The notes under the pieces: generated by a model | Told to the model about the DNA's origin: nothing | Seen by the model: only the letters and a program-made list of their open reading frames with translations | Database searches by the model: none | Source: Octopus sinensis | Lineage: Eukaryota | Length of the DNA: 64,000 nucleotides | Assembly (NCBI RefSeq): GCF_006345805.1 | Contig: NC_042999.1 | Location: 160,022,001 to 160,086,000, forward strand | Direction of reading: 5' to 3' | Shown: one piece after another, positions 24,661 to 36,828 of the stretch | Layout: each line of letters opens with the position of its first letter | Position numbering within the stretch: position 1 is the stretch's first letter | Program-made: the position numbers and the translations under genes

Positions 24661-26460
24661 AGCTTAGAGAAGAAGAAGAGACGAAACGAATCGAATCGAA
24701 TCGACACGACGGCGCTCAGTCATACAATAGTGTAATAAATAAAATATATACATGCATATATATATATATGATGTAAAAAAAAGAAAAGAGCAATTTAGAA
24801 ATAACATTACCTATTTTGAAATTTGTGCTAAATATATATATATGTGTGTATATATATATATATAATGTGTGTGTGTGTATGTTTTCTTATCTATTTTACT
24901 TTCATCTTCATCATTTTATGAGGTACAAAAAGCTAAACCTACTTGTATGAGATATATTAGTTTTTGAGCATGGCTTGAGGAAGCTGACCATAAGCCAGGT
25001 GCTATGAATGCAATCATCTCTCAGAAAAACTCCACCTGTTTCCTTGACATAAACGTGCATACACAGAAAATATATTCTCATAGTGAAAAATAGAAAAGTT
25101 CTTGTTGACCAAGTTTTATCCAACTGTTATGTCATTGACAGATCTACAAAGTCACCATAATCCTACACTGTTTTAATTCTTTAAAGACAATTATACCAGT
25201 TTAGTCTGTCTTTAAAATTCCAGACTAACTACAAGGCCAATTTCAGTATAGCATTAGTAGGCTTTGCTTCCAAAGAGTTACTATTAGATTTCTATGAACT
25301 TTGGCTAAATTTTAGACGTCACTCTTTCAACTTAACTTTTATCTGTTCTCAGAAATTATGTAGATGATATTTATGAATTAATGAGGGTGTAACTATCAAC
25401 TTAGTACCGTAACATAAGTGGCTCACACTTCAAGCAAAGACCAGAAAATAGACAATCGAGGCTAATCAGCTATTTATGTAGAATGTTATTTTATACAAAA
25501 CAATGATAATAAATAATTGGATAAAACTGTATCTTTCAACTGCATGTACACTCTTTCAATGTTAGCTTACTTTTTCCTTAACTAATTCTTCAGACAGATT
25601 ATCTATTTTTTTTTTTAGATTTTCAATAATTCAGTCTTTCAATATACAGAAGCATTAGTAACTATCTACATGAATATCTAAACTAAATACTTGTTTTCCT
25701 ATACAGGTACACAGCCTAAGAAATGAAATAACCCCAACTAGAAAAATCAAATTGTAGACTGCTCACTGGGAGCTTATCTTCACTAAATGCCAATTCAAGC
25801 TGGTACTTGTATATTATCTGTCTACAACAAAAACTCAAAGGTCCTTTAGTTGGTAAAAACCATTGCAGACTGGTTATATTGGAACGGTGCAACAAATTAA
25901 TGGAAAAGAAATAGTAAATAAAATATTTAGTTTTCAGAATCATGTTATAACAACAGTTGCTTGAATACCTTAATGCATATATAAGGCTTACATATTTCAA
26001 TGTTCACCTTTAAAGGAACATAAGATAAACAGATAATAATAAGTGACTGATATTTCAAAACCAGTTTAGGCAATTTCTATATTTGATTGCCTTCATTTTT
26101 TAATTTTTTATTTAGGGTTCCTTAACAAATTTACTTCATAATTTATTTCAATTAACATTTTCCCAGAGCTATCTGAAAGTACAAGTCTCTACAAGTATGT
26201 CACAATAAACAATGGAATTACAATATTATTTTCAAAATAGCACAAATATAGGCCCAGGGGTAAATGATATAGCTAAACAATTCTTTGAGCATGCTTAGTT
26301 ACTGTAATGTTGAGTTATTTTGTTAATGCCAAAAGAATAACTAGAATCATTCACTGAGATTGTAGAGTCCAGAAATATCAACCTCTCGTTCTCATATGTA
26401 TTTTGCTTACAAGGATATATTATTAATAGCCGTGTGTTCTGCTATGTTTTAAATTATAAA

Positions 26461-26649
26461 CATTGGTGCAAGTGTGGTTATGTGCTAAGAAGCTTGTTTC
26501 CCAACCATATGGTTCCAGGTTCAGTCCCACTGCATGGTACCTTAGGCAAATGTCTTCTACTACAACCTTGGACCAACCAAAGCCTTGTGAGTGGATTTGG
26601 TAGACAGAAACTGAAAGAAGCCCATTGTGTGTGTCATGTATATACATAT
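26461..26649 (+). mobile_element. Older SINE family A, 5' half (before pogo insertion)
   Basis: Diverged head through GAAAGAAGCCC and TA/TG tract. Confidence 0.8.
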
Positions 26650-27248
26650 ACCAGGGTTTTCTGAAAATCTACCCAGGGCTGTTAAACAGAAAATTTTATT
26701 TTACAAAACTATTTTTTGGCTTACATAACCGCCCATGGGTGGTAATATGGAAGTAAAATATTTCACCTAGGAAAAACAAAGATATTCTCAAAAACCATAT
26801 TTATTTCATACAATTCCATTTGAACTTCTGTCATTTCAGTTATCAGATATATAGACATAAAGAAACTGAAACAGCCTTAAAAGAAGTAGCATATCAAAAA
26901 ATATTCTGAAGTTAACAATGGATCTATTAGGAAATATTGAAAATTGAACTGTTGAAAACATGACTAGAAGCCTCATATGAACAAATAATGTCCTTGGGCA
27001 TTTATGGTAGAATAATAACTGAATAGTTTCAAGTTAAATATCACGAATTTCTTCATTTGTTGCTTGGCCATAATTCACATCAGAGCAAATTTCATTTACT
27101 TGTATCTCATCTTCTTCTATTTTGTCATTATGTGCATCTGGTGCATTTACCTCAAGGCCAGACAAAACATCCTGTCAGCGTGAGTTTAAGAGGCTGTGTT
27201 CTACAGTCCGTCCACGAGGAGCAATTCCACAACATTCAAAAGCATGCT

Positions 27249-28290
27249 TTACAGTTTATTCAAAGTGGCAACAGCTTGGGTTACAAAGTTCACTATGTCT
27301 TGATAAGAAAATTTTTTGCGATATCCTTTATTTGTATACTCCTTTTTGCCATTTGAAAACCATTTCTCCCATTCAGCATGAAGGGCTTTCTTGAAAGGAC
27401 AAATAATTGATACATTTAACGGCTGCAAGTAAGATGTTTTAGGAGGAATAAGTTTGAGAATTGTATTCCTATGTTTGAACACTTCTAGGAGCTCTGTTTT
27501 CTTGTGCACTGAGCAGCCATCCATGAATAGCACTGAATTTTGAGCATGGAACTGTTGTGCTGTTCTCTGCCCAAACACTTTGTCAGCCCACAGCTGCACG
27601 AGTTCATATGTGATTGATCCTCTGTTGGAGACTGTTAAGTAAATATTCTTTGGGACCTTAATTTCAGGCACAGCAGTAAAATGAGCTTTGGTAGCACCAC
27701 AGTGGCTAGCATCTACATTTTTGTTGCCAACATGGTTGTTGAACTCAACATGTCAACGTATACAGGTGTTTCATCCATATTATAAATGTGGTTAGTATCC
27801 TTATCTGCTGTTAATACTGGAATGCTATCTAGATATTCACTGGCGATTTGTGGCTTTTCTCCAAGTGTTTTATTGTCTGCTTGACCAAAATGTGTAATCT
27901 TTCTCACAGTCAGGTTATTCCGGTTCATGAAATTGAAAATCCATTTATCAGAACATCTAAAGCTTTTCATTTCAATTCCAAACCTTTTTACCAATTCAAA
28001 AGTATATTCCCGTAAACGGCGATAATTTACAATTATACTGTTTGCACGCTGAACAACAATCCACTGCAAGAGTTCAATCTCCAGATCACTAAGTGCTGGT
28101 CCTCTACCTCCACCAGTTAATCTGAGCCTCCTCTTGTCTGACATATGGATTAACTCAGTTTCTTTTGTGCACCATTCTCTCAATCGTTTTCTATCAATAC
28201 CTGTCTCTTGATGCAGCAGATAAATAGCCAGAATGTTCTTTCACTTGTTTAATAGCACTCAATTTTTTACTAATGGTATACGATCGTTGA
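27249..28290 (-). pseudogene. pogo-like transposase pseudogene (CENP-B HTH + DDE_1)
   Basis: Motifs LREW, GGGR, FRCSDKWIFNF, YNMDETP, LFMDGCSVH, IPPKTSYLQPLNVS. Third catalytic D reads N; frameshifts, an internal deletion, and a SINE insertion near the start. Confidence 0.9.
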
Positions 28291-28291
28291 A

Positions 28292-28694
28292 AGGCGGTGA
28301 GCTGGCAGACACGTTAGCACACTGGGCGAAATGCTTAGTGGTATTTCGTCTGCCGGTACGTTCTGAGTTCAAATTCCGCCAAGGTCGACTTTGCCTTTCA
28401 TCCTTTCGGGGTCGATAAATTAAGTACCAGTTACGCACTAGGGTCGATATAACCAACTTAATCCGTTTGTCTGTCCTTGTTTGTCCTCTCTGTGTTTAGC
28501 CCCTTGTAGGGTAGTAAAGAAATAGGTATTTCGTCTGCCGCTACGTTCTGAGTTTAAATTCCGCCGAGGTCGACTTTGCCTTTCATCCTTTCGGGGTCGA
28601 TAAATTAAGTACCAGTTACGCACTGGAGTCGATATAACCGACTTAATCCGTTTGTCCTGTCTGTGTTTAGCCCCTTGTGGGTAGTAAAGAAATA
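28292..28694 (+). mobile_element. Tandem dimer of SINE family B inside the pogo transposase start
   Basis: Two units (second 5'-truncated) within a 17-bp TSD GGTATA(CGA/TGG)TCGTTGAA. Confidence 0.85.
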
Positions 28695-28906
28695 GGTATA
28701 TGGTCGTTGAATACGTTTTGATATATATTTTTCTTTTTCCTCTCCATTATTGGGAATAAAATTCTTTTGAATTTATCTACAGACGTGGAGCAAATAAACT
28801 TCTAAACAGAATGCAAACAAGAACACTAACTCTGTTTCAACTTTTAACCTCAAATAAACGCCCGTGGGCGATCTAATGGATGGGCGGATTTTTGGAAAAC
28901 CCCGGT

Positions 28907-29150
28907 ACATATGACTATGTGTGTATGTCTTTCTGTCTGTCTGTGTTCCCTACCATTCCTTTACAAATGGTACTGGTTTGTTTACGTCTCCGTAACTTCT
29001 CTGTTCGGCAATAGAGACCGATAGAGTAAGTACCAGGCTTAAATACAACGTCAGCATTGATGTCGATTAATTCGACTAAAAAAAACTCTTCAAAGCGGTG
29101 CCCCAGCATGGCCGCAGTCTAATGACTGAAGCGAGTATAAGGTAAAAGAT
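28907..29150 (+). mobile_element. Older SINE family A, 3' half (after pogo insertion)
   Basis: Continues CTGTGTTCCC...CCAGCATGGCCGCAGTCTAATGACTGAA. Confidence 0.8.
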
Positions 29151-29659
29151 GTATTCAGGTAGAACTAGTAAAGAACAATTTTAAAGACACAATCTAGCAA
29201 GAGTTTTCTCCCCTTAATAGTAATCTGTGTCTCCAGAGTTTTAATAGAATGCGGCAAAAGGAATAACTTGTGATTTCTTGTTATTTTCTCCCTTGATCTG
29301 GCAGAGTTTCTACAGCTGGATGCTTTTACGTGCCACTGGCACGGGGGCCAGTCAGGCAGTACTGGCAAACCATGATATTACAAGTATTATATCATCATTA
29401 TCTAAGGAATAAGAATTGGTCAGCATAGCTGTAGTTGAAGTTGAAAGAGTTTGAAACGGTCAGATGATACCTTTTTTTTTTTTAAAGAAATTTTTCCTCC
29501 AGCCGATTATAACTGAGTTTGCTAATAAAATATCTGAATAATTTTTGGTGTTTAACGATCAATATTATTTTCACTGATGGATACAAAGTCGATTTTTGCC
29601 CACACTGTCTAATTTGATAATTTTTCAATTTTCTGGCATGTGTAAAAAGATTCGAGCGA

Positions 29660-29864
29660 GGTCATTGCCAGTACTGCCTGACTGACCCCCGTGCCAGTGG
29701 CACATAAAAGCACCCACTACACTCTCGGCGTAGTTGACATTAGGAAGGGCATCCAGCTGTTGAAACTCTGCCAGATCAAGATTGAAGCCTGGTGCAGCCA
29801 ACTGGTTCGTCAAATCGTCCAACCCATGTTAGCATGGAAAGCAGACGTTAAACGATGATGATGT
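29660..29864 (+). mobile_element. Family C element
   Basis: AGGAAGGGCATCCAGCTG core and GAT tail. Confidence 0.8.
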
Positions 29865-30748
29865 CTAAACTGGGACAAAATAAGTAATGACAAATTTCAA
29901 TAATTTCTTCTCTTTAACTGCATGATGTATAAATATCATGAAGAGAGCCATGCCAGCAGATCGTGAGGAAGCTATAGAGAATATTTTATGTTGAGTTTTT
30001 AAGATTTAATTAAGTTTTGTTAATTTTATATCATGTGCCATTTTTCTTGGATCCTCTTTCAATTTGACCAAGATATTTTTAATTTTTTGCTGCATTTCTG
30101 ATCTTTCTTATGTCTAAGGATGGATATTGATGTGTGAGTCTTTTCTCAAATGTAATTCTGAAGAATTGAAGAAGCAAATTTACCTTATCTTGTCTTACTC
30201 GTTTTGCCCTAGATAAATTTGTCTTTTATATGCTCAAAGAGAAGGGAGATAATTTTCTGAAATAGTGTTCAGATTGTTAGTAATCTGAACACTATTTAGT
30301 AGGGAACAAACCCAGACAGAAAGACATACACACAGTCATATATACCGGGGTTTTCCGAAAATCCACCCATCCATTAGATCGCCCATGGGCGTTTATTTGG
30401 ATGGGCAGTTATTTGAGGTTAATCTTGTAATTTGCTTAGCTGATATAGTTTTTATAAGGTAGTGAATATTTGTAAAAAGGAATTTTTTTTTTTCTCAGTC
30501 AAAAATGCAATAAATCTTATTCATTATGCTCCACCCACCACCTTATTTAAATTAGTATATTCATTTTTGTAACTACAAAATCTTTCAATCTCTTGTGCAG
30601 AAGCCAACTTCAATACCAACTCTTGGTGGGGTTTTACACTATTAATACCAACAAAGACAGTTGTATTGCAATGGCTCTTGTTTACTTTTTTTTTGAGCTT
30701 GCCAATTCCAAAATAATGAAGTGAAAAACTATCCTTGCACAGTATTAA

Positions 30749-30968
30749 CCCTTTAGTGTTCAGATTATTCTGTCAAATGTGATGTTTGTTTATTTATATC
30801 GTTTTGAATTAATCATGCATTATCTTGTAGTTTAGAGATTTCAGTGATGTGATTTTTTAGTTTTAGAACGACATGGTAGGGCTGAGGTGAGAGGCGAGAT
30901 CTGGTCAGTTTCAATATAAAACAGGTTAAATATTTTGGCCGGATATGGCCGATTTGAATGCTAAAGGG
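30749..30968 (+). mobile_element. piggyBac-like MITE family 2
   Basis: TTAA|CCCTTTAG...CTAAAGGG|TTAA. Confidence 0.8.
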
Positions 30969-31209
30969 TTAAGAAAAAATGGTTGTCTATATATTGTTTG
31001 GTTCAATAATTCCAACTAATTATTCTAATTTGGGAAAGTACACCACATAAAATGACAGAAGCCATACAACTTAGCGTAAAAGTTTGTAAACTATGCTAAT
31101 TTTGACTGTCTTTCAAGTTCATAATCCTTATTATTAACACACCACGTTGCACAACCACAAGAGGAGATAATCCTCTGCATTCCAATTTTTAATATTTCAT
31201 TTTATATTT

Positions 31210-31570
31210 TTCTGTCATTAGACTGCAGCCATGCTGGGGTCCCATTTTGAAGAATTTTTAGTCGAATGAATCGACCCCAGTACTCCCTGCCAAAAAAAAA
31301 AAGCCTGCTAATTATTCTATCAGTCTTTTTTTTTTTGTCAAACCACTAAGTTACAGGGATGTAAAAAAAGCAACACCAGTTGTCAAGTGTTGGAGGGGGA
31401 CAGACACAAAGACACACCCACACAGACATATATATTTATTACACACAATATCTACACACACACACACAACAGGTTTCTTTCAGTTTCTGTCAACCAAATC
31501 CATTCACAAGGTGCCATTGAACCCAGAACTATGTGATTGGGAAGCAACCTTCTTACCACACAGCCACATC
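31210..31570 (-). mobile_element. Diverged SINE family A
   Basis: Reverse-complement homology (GACTGCAGCCATGCTGG...CTTACCACACAGCCAC). Confidence 0.75.
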
Positions 31571-31940
31571 TGTATCTGTGGAAATAACATAATAAAGGTT
31601 TATTTCATTATTGCAGGGGGGACTGTAATTAAATACACGTAACATGCAGCCCCAAAGATTAAAATCTTTTTTTTTTTTTTTTGAGTGAAAAAATTCAAAT
31701 TATAGATGATTTATTAAATAGGTGTTTAGAAAGATAATACCATCTGTGTAACAAGAATGCCTAATTCTTGTAATCAAATAAAACCAACTATGCATTTCCA
31801 TAAACCAACAATTAGAAACAATAACATAAGAATTATACTTGTCTATACAAAGCTAAGATTAGGGTAAAGCTGCAGATCAAGATAAGCTTCTACAATTAAT
31901 TTGCACTAAATTAAGTGTAAATTATTTGGTCTCCTACAAT

Positions 31941-32473
31941 CATCATCATCATCATCGTTTAACGTCCGTTCTCCATGCTAGCATGGGTTGGACGGTTCGA
32001 CCGGGGATCTGGAAAGCCAGAAGGCTGCACCAGGCTCCAGTCTTATCTGGCAGTGTTTCTACAGCTGGATGCCCTTCCTAACGCCAACCACTCCGTGAGT
32101 GTAGTGGGTGCTTTTCACGTGCCACCTGCACAGGTGCCAGGCGAGGCTGGCAACGGCCACGGTCGGATTGGTGTATTTTATGTGCCACCTGCACGGAAGC
32201 CAAACGAGGGGGTGCTGGCATCGGCCACGAGTCGGATAGTGCTTTTTACGTACCACCAGACCAGGGATCCTGGCTGGTTCAATTCGATTTCGATTTCGCT
32301 TGCCCCAACATGTCTTCGCAAGCAATGGGGTTGGCATGGGTGCCTGTCGTACGGTCAGATTGATGTATTTTACGTGCCACCGGCACGGAAGCCAGTGGAG
32401 GCGGCGCTGGCATCGGCCACAAGTCGGATAGTGCTTTTTACGTACCACCAGACCAGGGATCCTGGCTGGTTCA
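31941..32473 (-). mobile_element. Family C element with long internal repeat array
   Basis: Core plus multiple TTTTACGTGCCACC units and a duplicated ~100-bp block. Confidence 0.85.
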
Positions 32474-32550
32474 ATAATAATAATAATTATTATTATTATT
32501 ATTATTATTATTATCCTTATTATTATCATTATTATTATTATTATTATTAT
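32474..32550. repeat. (AAT)/(TAT)n microsatellite
   Basis: Direct inspection. Confidence 0.95.
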
Positions 32551-32599
32551 TGGCCTTGTGCCAAAATTTGAAAGCGTTATTATTATTGGCAGAAACATT

Positions 32600-33550
32600 G
32601 CTTAGAGGCATTTCAGGCAGCTTTAAATTTCACCCGGGTTGACTTTGTCTTTCATCCTTTCAGAGTCAAGAAATAAGAACCCGTTGAACACTGGGGTTGA
32701 TGTAATCAACTATCCCCACCATCCCCCTGATTTTCAGGCCTTTGTCCCCTATAATAGAGAAAAAAATATTATTCAGGTGGCAAGCTTGCAGATTTGTTAG
32801 CATGCTGGACAAATTACTGAGCAGCATTTCGTTCTGACTTCAAATTCCATCAAGATTGAGTTCACCTTTTGGGGTTGATAAAGCAAGTTAAGCAACCTCC
32901 CACAAAATTCCAGGCTTTGAGCTTATACTAGAGAGAATTTCTTGTTGTCTGGGGAGAGTCATTCAGTTTTAATGCCTTGGCTGCATATAACATAAAACTT
33001 CATGACCACAGGAAATAACTTTACTAGTACCTGAAAATTTTGTTATTTCAGTAATGCAATAATTTCTGGAAAGCAAGTATTTTGTGCTTTTATCTTTCAT
33101 TTGTTTCCTCTTTATTAATGCTTAGAATTTATTTTTGATAATCTAGTTAGATCAGGCAGTATAGAAATTCTATTAACTACTTCTTAGGTGAAGGTGACAC
33201 AGAGGTAAGAGAGCATGGATTAATAGTTTTCAATAGCATTGAGCCTAAAAATATTGTGGTTTTAATTTCATAGGTCATCTTAAACTTCAAAAGGTAGAGT
33301 ACATTGCTTTATAATTTTTTTTTTCTATTGTAATTTAAGGTAACAAGCTGGTAGAAACATCAACACCTTGGACAAAATTCTTAGCAGCTTTTCTTCAGGC
33401 TCTCAACAATCTAAGTTCAAATTCCACCAAAGCTGACTCTGCCTTTCGTCCTTTTGGGACCAATAAAGTAAGTACCAGATGAGCACTAGGGTTGATGTAA
33501 TCAACTAAACTTCTCTAAAATTGCTGACATTGCCTCAAAATTTGAAACCA
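32600..33550 (+). mobile_element. Three diverged family-B-like SINE remnants (~32600-32745, ~32775-32930, ~33345-33550)
   Basis: CTTTCATCCTTT / GGGTTGATGTAATCAACT core remnants on the + strand. Confidence 0.55.
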
Positions 33551-33589
33551 TTATTTCTCTAATAATTCATTTTATATCCATTTTCTTTT

Positions 33590-34400
33590 TGTTCATGTTT
33601 ACATAGGCTGAATGGGTCATCTCCAACATAGTTCGTCACAATTTGTTGCAATCCTTTGTCATCTTCATAAACCCTAGCTTCACAAGATTAGCTTTCACCA
33701 CTTCCATAGCTCCTTTCCATTTGAATCACTCAACATTTCTTAGCCAGCTATCCTCCCTATGCATCATGCCCATACCATTCTTAAATCTTTCTTTTCACAC
33801 ACTACAGTTGATTCCTCTTTTACCCAATTTTTCTCTCAGCACCTTGGTGCTCCACCATTCACACACACTAACATCACACTTTCAACAAACCATGCTCTTC
33901 TCATTTCATTCTCATTTCACATACCCTCATGTTCTGATATCTATTTCTTAACTACCCACAAGGGGCTAAACATAGAGAGGACAAACAAGGAGAGACAAAC
34001 GGATTAAGTCAATTATATCGACCCCAGTACGTAACTGGTACTTAATTTATCAACCCCGAATGGATGAAAAGCAAAGTCGACCTCGGCAGAATTTGAACTC
34101 AAAACGTAACAGCAGACGAAATACTGCTAAGCATTTCGCCCGGCGTGCTAACGTTTCTGCCAGCTCACTGCCTTAACATGTTCTGATATCATCTATCACA
34201 TTTATACATCATGCAAACTGCCCTTCACATGGAAAGAGAAACCCAAAGGAAATAGCTCCCTGAACTATTCTTAATTTGGCTTCAAGCCTTCAGAACACCC
34301 ATCCTCACTATTAATTAGGTCACCATGGTAACAGAAGCTATCAGTTGTTAGTTGTCGGAGCACTGCATCCTTCAAAACTTCCATGCTTTCTGAGATTCGC
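33590..34400 (-). mobile_element. RTE LINE fragment interrupted by a family-B SINE
   Basis: Similar to other RTE C-terminal fragments; SINE inserted with 14-bp TSD CATGTTCTGATATC. Confidence 0.55.
33942..34176 (-). mobile_element. SINE family B
   Basis: 14-bp TSD at 33928-33941 and 34177-34190. Confidence 0.9.
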
Positions 34401-34877
34401 CAACACTACACCTGATTTTCTCCCCTCCATACACACACAAGCATGTATCTGACAAGTTGTGGTGCACCTGAGCACTGTATACAATAATTTCATTATTATA
34501 ATTTGATATTATCATTATTCTGACCCTTTTCATGTAGCTAAGATTTCCTCATGAGTGCTGGATTTCCTCTTCAGCAAATCTAGAAAAATATTTCAGTTCT
34601 GAATAACAACTGAGTCTGTCATCAAGCCGTACTATTAAGAGTACACATTTATGAATGTATGACAATGCAACATAAAAGATTGCATACAGACAGTCTAGAA
34701 TGCATTCATATCGCGTCTGACATGCAACACAATCATATTCATCAATATTTCAAATAATGTCTCATGGTTGAGCACTCATCTCATTTCATCCTAATTCGGA
34801 AAACAAAGAACATCAAAATAATGTAAGTTCTCCCAGATTTTAAATAAATAAAAAAACTGTTCGATGCACCATATATT

Positions 34878-35270
34878 CATCATCATCATCATCATCGTTT
34901 AACGTCCGCTTTCCATGCTAGCATGGGTTGGACGATTTAACTGGGGTCTGGGAAGCCCGAAGGCTGTACCAGGCCAGTCAGATCTGGCGGTGTTTCTACA
35001 GTTGGATGCCCTTCCTAACGCCAACCACTCCGTGAGTGTAGTGGGTGCTTTTTATGTGCCACCGACACAGGTGCCAGACGAGGCTGGCGAACGGCCATGC
35101 TCGGATGGTGTTTTTTACATGCCACCGGCACGGAGGCCAGGCAGGGCTAGCACGGCCACAATCGGATGGTGTTTGTTACGTGCCACCAGCACGGAGGCCA
35201 GTTGATGCGGTGCTGGCTACGGCCACTTTCGGAAGGTTCTCTTATGTGCCACCGGCACTGGTACCACAAA
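34878..35270 (-). mobile_element. Family C element with repeat array
   Basis: Core plus several repeat units. Confidence 0.85.
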
Positions 35271-35314
35271 CTACAAATTCCAATAGATATGTATGTTTGT
35301 GTGTATATAGATAA

Positions 35315-35355
<41 letters not shown>

Positions 35356-35439
35356 ACTCTCTCTTCAAAGACAACATATGAGGGTTCAGCTTTTGCAAAG
35401 TGATTTGTTTACAATGATCAAATGTACCTGCTGTACATT

Positions 35440-35640
35440 AGCTCACTCCCTCTATCAAATCGACATTACCTGAACAGATGCACAGTGTATCATACCTCAG
35501 GTGTCAAAATGATTGCAGAGCAACATGAGATGAAGTGTTTTGCTCAGGAACACAATGCACCACCTAGTCTAGGAATTGAAACCACGATCTCGCAGTCATG
35601 AGTGCAACACCCTGACCACTTGGCCATGCATCCTCACATA
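35440..35640 (-). mobile_element. Old tRNA-head SINE remnant
   Basis: GAAGTGTTTTGCTCAGGAACACAATG...GGAATTGAAACCACGATC reverse tRNA-like head. Confidence 0.5.
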
Positions 35641-35778
35641 CATATATAATCAGGTCACTCATTATCTCTCCGATCACTCACTACTGACATGCATTGCACA
35701 CATACCACCAATCAGTTGACATATGTCCATCACTCACTCACTCTCATTGCAATCTGCCATTATTGTTTCTTTCATTAA

Positions 35779-35999
35779 CCCTTTAGTGTTCGCATTATTC
35801 TGCCAAAACTAATGCTTTTTTGTCCTCATTGTTTTGAACTAATCAGGCATTATCTTGAGGCTATGAGATTTTGATGAGGTAGCTGTTAATTTTTAAAATG
35901 ATATTGTAGGGTTGGTGTGAGAGACCAGATCTGGCCAGTTCGAACATAAAACAGGCAGAATACTTTTGGCCAGATATGGCCGGTTTAAATGCTAAAAGG
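35779..35999 (+). mobile_element. piggyBac-like MITE family 2
   Basis: TTAA TSDs; homologous to 30749-30968. Confidence 0.8.
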
Positions 36000-36560
36000 T
36001 TAAACCTTTTAGCACTGTCCCCCTCTTTCTTCCTCTTCCACACTGCCAATCTAATCCCCTAGTTTTCCTTCCATGCTTTCTCTTTTCCACTCGCTTTCTT
36101 TTATCTTAATTCCTCCTCTGCAATTGCACAATTCCCACTCAATTAGTCACATTACCTCCTAAGAACATTGACAACAAAGAGCAATGAGGACCCCTTTGTC
36201 ATGTTTGATACAAGACAACTTCACTCATGCTTGTGTTGCAATAAAATATACCCAGTACTCTCTTTACCAAGTGATTGGTAAACAAGTAGAGATAACAAGG
36301 GCTGAGTACCCTTTGTCTCTTCTTCAGTATATAACAACCTTTTAAGTGCTGATACTATGAAGTGGTTGCTGTTAAGAAGTTATAAGTGAAACATCACCCC
36401 CTGGAATTGGCAATAAGGACAATAACTCAGAATTAGAACTGCTTTGAACAATGATGAGCCATCCAACCCATGTCAGCATAGAAAGTAGATGTAAAACTAT
36501 GATGATATTGTGATGAAATGGTGGTAGTTCTGAATAAGTTTTGCCTTATGCTGAGTTTAA

Positions 36561-36828
36561 GGCGCAGGAGTGGCTGTGTGGTAAGTAGCTTGCTAACCAA
36601 CCACATGGTTCCGGGTTCAGTCCCACTGTGTGGAATCTTGGGCAAGTGTCTTCTGCTATAGCCCCGGGCCGACCAAAACCTTGTGAGTGGATTTGGTAGA
36701 CGGAAACTGAAAGAAGCCCGTCGTATCTATGTATATATATATATATATAGATATATATATATATATATGTGTGTGTGTTTGTGTGTCTGTGTTTGTCCCC
36801 CCAACATTGCTGGTGTGCTTGCGTCCCC
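36561..36828 (+). mobile_element. SINE family A, 3'-truncated at Helitron junction
   Basis: Head and body match; stops at GCGTCCCCG. Confidence 0.85.

Larger units (their letters stand above)
26650..28906 (-). mobile_element. Decayed pogo/Tigger-superfamily DNA transposon inserted at TA within a SINE
   Basis: TIRs CCAGGGTTTTCTGAAAATCTACCC and its inverse GGGCGGATTTTTGGAAAACCCCGG, each flanked by TA; subterminal GCCCATGGG-like motifs; transposase remnants inside. Confidence 0.85.

Noticed and set aside
24900-25170. ORF 24911-25123 as an exon
   Set aside because: No recognisable homology; stops in frames following the candidate acceptor.
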